Source: Proteromonas lacertae
Taxonomy: Eukaryota
Assembly (NCBI GenBank): GCA_002245135.1
Contig: NGBS01000589.1
Coordinates: 1-64,000 of the forward strand
Direction of reading: 5' to 3'
Length of the DNA stretch: 64,000 bases
The notes below the pieces were generated by a model. That model worked only from the letters and a program-made list of their open reading frames with translations. It was not told the DNA's origin and did no database searches. Shown piece after piece: positions 34,999 through 45,423 of the stretch. Position 1 is the first letter of the stretch; every line of letters begins with the position of its first letter. A program made the position numbers and the translations under genes.

Positions 34999-36920
34999 CT
35001 AATCTTTCTTTTGTTTGTTATCCTCCTCTTCATCTGAAGTGTCATCATCATCATCATCATCTTTACTCTTACACCAACATGGACATAAGAAATTCTCAAT
35101 TAAGAATTCAACAAATCCAAAGATAATGGTAGGGACAATAGTTGCTACAAATGGATGGACAATAGCAAAATCTAAGAAGTTTTCTAAATGTAATTGTGCT
35201 CCTTTCAAGTTCTTTGGTCTTTCACTTCTTCTTTTATTCACAAATTGTTCTAACTCAGAAACATATTCTTTATCTACTTTTCTTTGATAAGTATTATCAC
35301 CAAATTCACGAGCTACATTCTCACTACTAGTGATAATGATGTTATCGAATAAAATATTCTTTGAAGTTGTCCAGATTTCTATACCAATTCCGCCTAGTAA
35401 TGGAAATTTATAAGGCTCTTTCTCTTCATAGTAAAATTCATTGGGGATTTGTCTTGGCTTCCATTTGCCTTGGTAATGTGGGTTTTTAATCATTGTTGCT
35501 TCCCATTTGCCTTTATAATCGGGATTCTCAATCTCATTTGGCTTCCAAGGTCCACATCCACTTACATCTTCACATCGTGGGTTTGGAATCTATATATAAA
35601 GTATATATATATATATATATATAATAATATATATTTATCAGACTTATTATTATTTAATATCATCGTATTACAGAAGGAATCCTGCTCCATGGTGGGTTTG
35701 AAGTACCATAGACAAAAGAAACCCTCATAATGAAGTTAATAATAATAATTATACATCATTTAAATATATAATATAATATAATATAATATATATATACTTC
35801 TGGTTGTTCCCATTTACCATCAGCTTCTTCATCCCAATCATCTGGTCTTGTGGCACTTTCATCTTTAATATATTCTGGCTCATCCTCAAGCCAGTCATCA
35901 GGTTTGACTGCATCTGGATCAGGAATCATTTCTGGCGCATTTTCATCCCAATCATCTGGTTTCTTGTCATTTGGATCAGGAATTTCTTCTCTATCATCCC
36001 ATTCATCGGGTTTAGTATCATTTGGATCATCTACATACTTGGGTGGTTGGAATGGAGGTGTAAAATCTGTAAATAAACTACCATCTTTCACTGGTTCATC
36101 ATCTATAGCAATACTATATGTATTATCTTTTCTAATTACTAAGGTATATAAGTGAGTCTTATTATCACCTGGGACTTTTGGAGGTTCATCTAAATGCTTT
36201 TCTTGATATTTTCCAGAGAGTTTATTCTTGTATCTGATGATTAAATGGATCTTATCCTTGTCTGGTTGACATTTATCTGGTCCAAACATGATGATATAAG
36301 GGGAATTAGAACCAAATTTTCTTAAATCAGTTAAATTGGTTGATAAAATTTTGACATAACCACCACCACAATCTAAACCGTCCATTAAACGAGCTTCGTA
36401 CTGTATTACAAGTGTCTTATCTGTATTATTTATGGGTTGTGGGAAAAATGAACCAGCAGCATAATGCTTGTTGGCTGAGCCATAAAATATACCTTTATCA
36501 CCTGGAATAGCTGGTGCTACTTTACCATAACCCCATCTCCAGTCTTGATCTAAGTAACGAGAGACATGAGATTTAACCCATCTTTCACTGGTGAATGGTT
36601 CAGTTTGGAAGGTCTCTACGAATAGTACATCGTGGGCTGGAACGACTGGTGCATAATTCGGCTCCTATAAAATTGTTAATCAGGATATATTTCAAAAATA
36701 TAGATACCTTTCCTTCCGGATATTTGAACTCCTCATCTTCATCTACATCAGGAGCACTGTTATCTGAAGAATCATTGTTTGGTTCTTCTTCTTCATTATT
36801 ATCACCTTCCTCTTCGTCGTTTACTTCAGTATCATCTCCATCATCTTCATTATCCTCACTTCTGACGGTTACTAGCAAAGCAGCGAAAAAACATATAAGA
36901 AAAAGTCTTCTAAGTTTCAT
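34999..36920 (-). CDS. CANX: Calnexin, multi-exon
   Basis: Signal peptide, LDCGGGYVK, IMFGPDKC, DPxxxKPDDW and GKW P-domain repeats, TM segment, KxKxx-type C-terminus; introns ~36666-36707 and 35590-35797. Confidence 0.93.
35631..35767 (-). ncRNA. Candidate intron-encoded box C/D RNA
   Basis: Inside the 208-nt calnexin intron, sense strand: 7-bp terminal stem atattta/taaatat, box C-like ATGATGT (35753-35759), box D CTGA (35638-35641), internal CGATGAT, GC-richer structured core. Confidence 0.6.
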
Positions 36921-37111
36921 CTATTTATAAATAGAATATTGCAAGGCAAATAATGAGAAATGCATTATCTTTCAATATGATAAAAAGTTTATATTCTTAC
37001 CTTTGTCTATTTCAGAAAGGAAAGATTCAAAAATGCAAATTTCTTTTCTAGAAAAATGGACTGACTTCATGTAAGTAAATTACATGTAATTTGTCGTTTT
37101 TTCAAAAAACT

Positions 37112-38483
37112 ATGGATAACAACGAAGATGAAGAAGATATCTTGAGGAAAAAGAAAATTAATATATCTCCCTTCAGTTATGAACATCCTGACAGATTGAT
37201 CTTAGAAACAGCTGGTAGAAATTATGTAAGTCCTTATGTAACATGTATTTTAATAATTGAATTAATTAATTTTAGGCTCATTGTGTAATACAGTTATGTA
37301 TCTAGATGGAAAAACAATAGAACACATGCTCAAATACAGAAAAGCCATAAATCATCTAAAAGAACCAGAATTTTTACTGCCATGTAGTTACTGTGGAAGT
37401 GTAGCAGGATTACGAGTAGGAATGAATGATTATTCCAAAGAAATTGAACAATCCATAAATGAAATGAAAAAGAGATTAGAACGTCAGAATTATGCATGTA
37501 CATTGATGCAGAAACTATTCAGAGGATATATTACACGTAAAAGATTACGATCAATCCAAGAGGAACGAGATAAAATCAAAAATTTACAAATTAAAAGTGC
37601 ATTAACATTAGAATGTTTTTATAGACAAATATTAGCTAAAAGAAGAGTAAATACATTCAAATATTTAAAGAGAATAAGAAATACAAGTCCAATTGTATTA
37701 GAAGATGCTATATCTAGTTCAAATGAATTTCATGTGTTTTGGTATGATAATAAAGAGGATTTGAATTTAATATACAGAGATTATAAACTATTCGTTGAGA
37801 AAACAGGTAATTTCCCACCTTTAAGAGTGGTAGAAGAGAATATTGAAATGATTTATAAACGTGTACATGCGTTAGAATGTAATTATGCAAATCAAATACA
37901 GAAAATATATCGTGGTTTTTTAGGTAGAAGATGTACAAAAATGTTGAAATTAGCAAATGCAAAAATAATGGAAATAAAATTAGATGCAATATTAACTATC
38001 CAAGGATTTGTAAGAAGTTGGTTATGTAAAAGAATAACAAAGAAATTAGAAGTAAAACGAAGAATGAATGAAAGGAAAAAACTATTAAATAGTGAAACAA
38101 AAACGAATAAAAAAATAATTATAAAAAATGGAATTGATTTAGAAACGAAGAAGAAAATAATTGATTTATATAGTAAAGAAAAGAAAGAAGAAATGTCTGG
38201 GGAAATGATAGGGTTATTATGTTATAATGAGAAGAAGATGATTAATTATATGAAGAGTAGTTATGGTAATGAATTGATCAATAAAGAAATGACTAAATTT
38301 GCTAAAGAAAGAAAAAATAGTTTAGAACAGTCCAAGAAGGAGAGAAAAGAGGTAAGAGAGAAATTGAATAAAATTAGAGAAAAGATAAGTGAGAATGGTG
38401 CTTATAAACATTATTATGCTATTGAAAAGGAGGTTGAACTTGAAAAGAAGTATATGGAAGAGTATATAAACTCAATACAATGA
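37112..38483 (+). CDS. IQ-motif (calmodulin-binding) protein with Cys cluster
   Basis: LMQKLFRGYITRKR, QIQKIYRGFLGRR, TIQGFVRSWLCKR; intron ~37237-37275. Confidence 0.8.
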
Positions 38484-38660
38484 AATTCATTTATATATTA
38501 GTTATAATTAGTTTTATTTAAAAATATGTAAATTTTATATTTAATTTGTGTTATATGTTTGATTTGTTAGAGTATAACTGAAAATTAGATTTTGACAATT
38601 TTCGGTGCGTTTTTTTGGTTAACCTAATTCTATAAACTTCTTTCAACATTTTTTTTGAAA

Positions 38661-39810
38661 ATGAAGGTTTCTTCAACTGTTTTAGCCCTATTTTTCACGT
38701 TAGTCTTGTGTATTTTTAGTTTCTCTATAGTATGTAGGTCAGAACGATGGTGGAGGTGGTATGGGAGGTGGAAATGGCATGGGTGGTGGTAATGGCATGG
38801 GTGGTGGTAATGGAAATGGTCGTGGAAACGGTATGGGTGGTGGTAACGGAATGGGAGGTGGTAATGGAATGGGTTTAGGAAATGGAAACGGTATGGGTGG
38901 AAGCAACGGTATGGGAGGAGGCAATGGAATGGGAGGTGGAGGTAGATATGGTAGTTTCTTCAATAGAAATGGATTAAGAAGACATAGTATCTTAGATAGA
39001 GCATTTAAACCATACAGACATTATTCATCCAGCGATTTAGATGATTTATTGGATATGTATCGTATTCCAAAAGATGTTAAACCATTATGTGGTAAATCAA
39101 CTGAATGTGTCAGTATATATGATATTATAATTTCAATATTTTTTATAATTAATTAGATGGTGTAAAAACTGATAAAATATACAACAGAAGTAGATTATTA
39201 ATCAATTACAATTACTATGAAGATAACAGTTGTACTGGTGAATCAATCTTAGCTTTGAATAGTACTTATTTATTAAGATATAGAAGAGAAAATGAAGATA
39301 GTATCTTTTTTTATTTTATTTCAATATTTAGAACATATGGAGATTAGTTTACATATGGTATTAATGCATGCCAAAGCTTTAAACGACAAGGGTGTTACTA
39401 AATTAAAGTCAATGTTAGAACAATACTGTCATAGTGTAATGATATCAGTTGGAGAAACTGTCAATATAATGGATGTATGTCACAAAATGACGATGAGAGA
39501 ATTCAATAGCCATATGAGAGGAGATTATTATTATGAAGAAAGTGGAAATAAGATTAAGATTAAGACAAAATGTAAGAAAGGAATAACTAAAAGTGCTGAT
39601 GTTAATAAAGATGATAGTAGTAGTGATACTAGTGATTATAAGACATTGGAAGCTTTTGAATGTCCAGCACCAAAGTATGTTAATAATGAGCGAGGTTCTT
39701 TGTTCAATATGGGTAATTTAGGTGATAAATTGAGAGGAAGTATTCCTCCAACTAGTTCTAGCTCTGATTCTTCGGAGAAAACTGATGCTCCTACTAAATC
39801 TACTATTTAG
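38661..39810 (+). CDS. Secreted protein with GGGNGM repeats and a Cys-containing domain
   Basis: Intron 38710-38737 joins signal peptide MKVSSTVLALFFTLVLC to QNDGGGGMGGGNG...; further introns 39113-39156 and 39301-39330 keep the frame. Confidence 0.75.
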
Positions 39811-39989
39811 ATTTATTAATTTTTGATATTGTTGTGTGTGTTTGTTTTAGATATAAATAATCATAATAAAAACTTTCAAATAACATTATAGATTTATTAG
39901 GTGTAGTTCCTTGTTTTATAATTGAATTAATTAGAAATTTAAAAATATAATAATGGTATATATTGAATATGCTTATTGTATAAACAGCC

Positions 39990-40047
39990 TAAACAAACAC
40001 CATTTCATCTAACTCACAAGTGAGTTAGATGGAATGGTGTTTGTTTA
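39990..40047. repeat. Near-perfect palindrome, 28-bp arms, 2-nt loop
   Basis: taaacaaacaccatttcatctaactcac-aa-gtgagttagatggaatggtgtttgttta, one mismatch. Confidence 0.9.
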
Positions 40048-40250
40048 AACATTCATTTACAAACTATATTATATTAAGGACAGTGTTAAATGATATATCA
40101 TTTAACATTGAGTATTATATTATTATCCAGTATATGAATTTATGTTTCTTTTATTAAATAATATCTAGTAGTTATACTACATAACTAGTTCTTATACAAT
40201 AATATTATTTAAATTTACTATTCTATCAAATTTCATCTTTTTATGCTACT

Positions 40251-40830
40251 TGTTGTGCGCCGTTGAGCCGCTCTAACATGCAATTACTTTTAAAACAAAC
40301 TAATACCATTTTTATCTTAGTTATAAAGAGTTATTTACAAATATATAGTTAGTTTGTCATATGCCCTACATCTGTGATACACTTTTTTATATTATCAATA
40401 TTAAACTAATTTTATTATTTTTTCTTTTTTAAGTTTCAGTCACTACTACAGTCTAAAATACATTATTTGATATGAATAAATTACAATAATTTTAATAACA
40501 ACTTATTTAAAAAAGAAATTAAAAAGCTGGCTTGAGTGAGGCTTGAACTCATCTTTTCTTTTTTCTTTTTTCACTACCTTAACATTAAAAATAGTGAATT
40601 CTATTCATATCAAATAATGTATTTTAGACTGTAGTAGTGACTGAAACTTTAAAATAGAAAAAATAATAAAATTAGTTTAATATTGATAATATAAAAAAGT
40701 GTATCACAGATGTAGGGCATATGACAAACTAACTATATATTTGTAAATAACTCTTTATAACTAAGATAAAAATGGTATTAGTTTGTTTTAAAAGTAATTG
40801 CATGTTAGAGCGGCTCAACGGCGCACAACA
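40251..40830. mobile_element. Non-autonomous long-TIR element (MITE) 1, TGTTG..CAACA, 5-bp TSD CTACT
   Basis: ~230-bp near-perfect inverted arms (40251-40482 / ~40597-40830); ctact at 40246-40250 and 40831-40835. Confidence 0.92.
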
Positions 40831-40853
40831 CTACTCAAATAATTAGAAACAAA

Positions 40854-41490
40854 TGTTGTGCGCCGTTTGTCATAGTTGGCCGTTTGTCTACCACACACTT
40901 TTAAAACAAACTAAATGTATATTCTTGCTTGTCTTGATGAAAAATTGTTACTTTTATACTTACTTTGTTATATGACCTACATCTGCACTATACTTTTTTG
41001 TTAATATAAATAGTTTGAATATTTGCGCCGTTTGTTTTCTAGAAATTTTTGAAGCAAACTAAATGCATATTTAGCTAATATAGACTAAAATACATTAGCT
41101 GAAATGATTAGAATATAATAATTATTAAATCTTTCTATATAAAAAAAGAAATGTAAAAATAGGCTTGAGTGAGGCTTGATTCTATATTTTCTTTTTTCAT
41201 TTTCAATGTCACATGATCAACATTAAGTTGTTCTAATCATTTCAGCTAATGTATTTTAGTCTGTATTAGCTAAATATGCATTTAATTTGCTTCAAAAATT
41301 TCTAGAAAACAAACGGCGCAAATATTCAAACTATTTATATTAACAAAAAAGTATACTGCAGATGTAGGTCATATAACAAAGTAAGTATAAAAGTAACAAT
41401 TTTTCATCAAGACAAGTAAGAATATACATTTAGTTTGTTTTAAAAGCGTCTGGTAGACAAACGGCCAACTATGACAAACGGCTCACAACA
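40854..41490. mobile_element. Non-autonomous long-TIR element (MITE) 2, TGTTG..CAACA, 5-bp TSD ACAAA
   Basis: ~260-bp inverted arms (40854-41113 / 41231-41490); acaaa at 40849-40853 and 41491-41495; related to MITE 1 but diverged. Confidence 0.92.
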
Positions 41491-41579
41491 ACAAATAATT
41501 ACTTATGAAATGAAATTTACAGTTTATAAAACATTTTCAACACTTTAAAAATCTACAATTAAAAAATGTATATAATTAT

Positions 41580-41750
41580 GCTGAAAATCTTCACCTGAAT
41601 AAAATTGCTTCGTCACCAAAATATCCACCCTTCATTCTATAATAATTATTATGCTTGTCTTCTCTTCATCTTCTTCTTGGATATTTCTAAAATGTTGATA
41701 TATTTTCTTGCTAGAAAAGAGAAATAGATTTTATTTAATTCGTTACAATT
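41580..41750 (-). pseudogene. Decayed, internally deleted duplicate of PKG 5' flank and exon pieces
   Basis: gcttcgtcaccaaaatatccacccttc resembles 43354-43380; tcttcatcttcttcttggatatttcta resembles 44922-44949; agattttatttaattcgttacaa is identical to 45373-45395. Confidence 0.55.
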
Positions 41751-42248
41751 TTTTCAAATAGAAGAAATGCATCAAGCGAAAAATTGGATATGAAATTCAT
41801 CATTTGCTGTAATTACAACCCATTTAATTTTTCTTCTATTAATGTAAAATTATATCATCATTTTCTAAAATGCTGTCATTCTTGTTTTTTTATCTATTTG
41901 GTAGGCTATATTATTGTATAGATGGATTAAAATTTTGCTAGATATATTAACTATCTTTGACAACATAATTGCGCTTCATTATTAACAATTGCTTCTGATG
42001 ATAAGAATATGATATGGATTGAATAAATGTTTAAAAAATTGTGACTTGACTAATCAAACTTTTGTAACGGAAATATTTCTAAAACATTTTTAATTATTTT
42101 ATCATTCATTATTCAATATAAATCCTGAAACAGCCTGCCTTTATTATCGTCACAATATTTTATAGGTAATTAGCCCAAAGGCAGGCTGAAAAAATTCAAT
42201 CAAAGAAATATAGAAAAATTAATATAGTGATATTTATTAGATACTCTA

Positions 42249-45200
42249 TTAGAATCCTTCAATCCATATTTTGTCTTTTAATTGACCATCTACTGTTGCA
42301 GCTTCAATTTCTTGTTCACTTAAAGAATTGAAAGCTTCACAACACTTTTCTAAATAAGCTGGAGATGGAATCTATTTATATTATAAAAGTATATAACATA
42401 CATAAGGAGGTTTTACTTTGTGTGATACTAAATCATTAAAATTAATTCCAGAAAACCACATATGTTCTTTCATTCCAGCTATTCCTTCCTTCATACATCC
42501 AAGTCTTTGTCTAGGTTTTACCTTCAATATTGCTCTTATATAATCTGTTACTTCTGGCGAAAAATGTGATGGGTATGTTACTTGTCCTTTTAATATTCGA
42601 GATATCTGTTCACTTTGTCCACCTTCTTCAGTTAATTCAAATGGAGTTTGACCATTTAATAATTCATAAACTAATACACCATAAGCCCAAATATCACAAG
42701 GTAAACCATGTCCTTTATTCAACCACACTTCAGGTGACATATAATCAGGTGTTCCACATAAACTATATGTTCTTTCTTGTATTTGTTTGGCATTTCCAAA
42801 GTCTGTTATCTTTACATAACCAGAAGCACATAGCAATACATTTTCTGGTTTTAAATCTCTATATACTATCTTCTTACTATGTAAATGTTCTAAGCCTAAC
42901 AAAACTACAGCTGAAAAAAATCTTGCTTCTTTTTCAACTAATCTACCATTTTGTCTGTATAACATTAAGGTTCTTAAATCTCCACCTTCTACAAATTCTT
43001 GTAATATGTAAATTGATTTATCATCTTGAAAAGTAGTAATCATTTTAACTAAGAAAGGATGATTCATTTGTGACATTAAATTCCTTTCCTGTATGATATT
43101 CTGTTGACTACTTGGTGTTAATAGTTTTGTTTTACTTACCATTTTCAATGCAAATTGTGTAGTTTTATTTACAGGATGGACTTTTTTAACAACAGCAAAT
43201 CCACCAAGACCTAAAATACCAGTTGTTTCTAAATCTTCTAATTTATATAATAATGGTTGAATAATATTGGCAAAATTACCAGCATCTAACAATAGTATTC
43301 TAACAGTTGATTTTGCTACATATTTCTTTCTTTGTAACTCACCAGAAAGGATGGCTTCTTCACCGAAATAGCCACCCTTTTCTAGTGTAGATACCACTTT
43401 CTCTTTCTCTATACAATTAACAGAACCAGTTTCAATTATATAAAAGTGCTCTAATAGAATAATATATTATTATGTAATATATACCTGGAGAGCTTCCTGT
43501 GTTTAATATAACTTCATTTGGCTGATAATCTACAACCTTACTATGCTCAATTAACAATTCTTGATTAAGTGGAGATAGTTTTATTTCACCAAAGAAATTC
43601 AATGAATTAATAAAGTCTTCCATTCTCTTTCTTTCCAATAATTCTTCCCAAGGTCCTAAATGCTTTATAAAAGCATCACGGGAGATTGATAACACTGTTA
43701 CTTTTCCTTGAGCTATAATATTTGCGCTTCTAACATCATCCTTAATTAAAGCTCTTTCACCAAAATGATCATTTACAGACATATGTCTCAATTCTTTTGT
43801 TTCACCATTATCATCTTTTGTACAGACGACTTTACCTTCTTGAATTATATAGAATTTATCACCATGATCTCCTTGTTTCACAATATATGAACCATCTTCA
43901 AATGTCTCTATTTCTACAGATTCTAATATTTGATCTCTTTCTTCAGGCTTAAGTGGACTTAACACTGGAGAAGAATCTATAAATCTTCTCTTCATGTTTT
44001 TCTATATACATATATACAGTGTTTATACGTTTAATATATTCTCTAAAGAACCTAATATTTGATCAAATGCTTCTCTTTTCAATACCCAACATTCTGTTTT
44101 ACCATAACTCATTACATCTATTGTTCTAGGTATATCGTGTAATAAAGCAATTTCACCGAAATAATCATTCTCATGAAGTCTACGAATCTCAACACAACCA
44201 TTTGGAGGAGGTGGATCAAGCTATAAATTATATAATTTTTGTTAATTTATATACTTCCACTGCATTTGATATACTATTCTTTCCACCTTTAGAATCAGCA
44301 TCTGCTCCATAACATATAGCTGTACCTGATTTTATTATATAGAATTGAGTTCCTCTTTCACCTTTATGTATAATATATTGACCATTTTTAAATTCACTTG
44401 TTTCTATCATGGATATCATACTATAAAGTTGTTCTGTTGTTAAATTAGATAAAAGCGGAACATCTCTCAATAATGTCATATAATGATCAACTTCATCAGA
44501 TTCATTTTTGATATTTTCTAACTGGAAGTCTTTTCCTGTTATTGTCCATAATCTAACATCCGATTTAGCTGTGACTGTTATTTTAGAAGGACGAGGATTT
44601 AATAAATAAACTATTAATAAAAATGAAAAAATATACTATCACCGTAAGAATCTCCTTTTGTGATTTCTTTTACTTCATTGCCTGTTTTAATTTCTACTTG
44701 TCCCGATTCTATAACTACAAATCCCATAAATATATCATTTTCCTTTAAAATAACATCACCTTCTTCAAACATTTTTAAATACATTTTCGATATTAATGCT
44801 TGTCTCTGATTTTCTCCAAATTCAGATAGAACCTATACTCAATAATTCATAAATATACCGAACTCTTTTGAATAGCATCTTCTATCAACTTTTCTACTTC
44901 TTGAGATTTTTCACATATTTTCTCCTCATCCTCTTCCTGTATATTGCTATTGAAATAATAAAATCACTACAATTTATACGCAAAATGAGATAATCTCCTA
45001 ATATTTGTCTTTCTAACATCTTGTCTTGGATATACTTCTATTTTGATGGAATCATTTGTTCGTGTTTTTTTATCAATGTGTGATGCCATATTATTATTGA
45101 TGGGAGTTGGTGACATGCTTATCTCCCTCTTTACCTCATTGAGGCTTTCTTTGACAACAATTTGCTTATGTTCATTGTTTACTGCATCTTTAGGTGTTTC

Positions 45201-45266
45201 ATTTTGTTTTATTTCTTTCTTTGGCTCTTCTACCTCCTTAATTGGTTTACTTCCTTTACAACCCAT
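42249..45266 (-). CDS. PKG: cGMP-dependent protein kinase-like (multiple cNMP-binding domains + AGC kinase), multi-exon
   Basis: MGCKGS N-terminus; repeated cNMP motifs (GTQFYIIKSG, YFGEIAL, GDKFYIIQEG..FGERAL..RSANI, GGYFGEEA); kinase GLGGFAVV, YRDLKPEN, DFG, CGTPDYMSPE; stop at 42249-42251. Confidence 0.88.
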
Positions 45267-45423
45267 CCAATATTGCTGCTATTACTAAAATATAACTAAA
45301 TAAAAAATATACACCAATAATTAATCCAATATACTATGTGTGGAAGCTAGAAAAAAAATATAAAAATAATTCAGATTTTATTTAATTCGTTACAAAATAT
45401 TATTTTTTTGATTTTTTGAACGA

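Noticed and set aside
35640..35760. Telomerase RNA, TPP riboswitch or hammerhead ribozyme identity for the intronic RNA
   Set aside because: No clear telomere template next to the pseudoknot-like core, no CUGAGA TPP motif and no CUGANGA/GAAA core
39810..39850. Poly(A)-completed stop codons (a Blastocystis trait), prompted by TGTTTGTT at 39839-39846
   Set aside because: Every gene end I could resolve has a genomic stop codon at a plausible position; the motif alone is not evidence
40528..40551. Functional tRNA gene or LTR primer-binding site
   Set aside because: Only the T-arm and acceptor 3' strand are present; the TGG corresponds to stem + discriminator rather than an added CCA; the flanks are inverted, not LTR-like direct repeats
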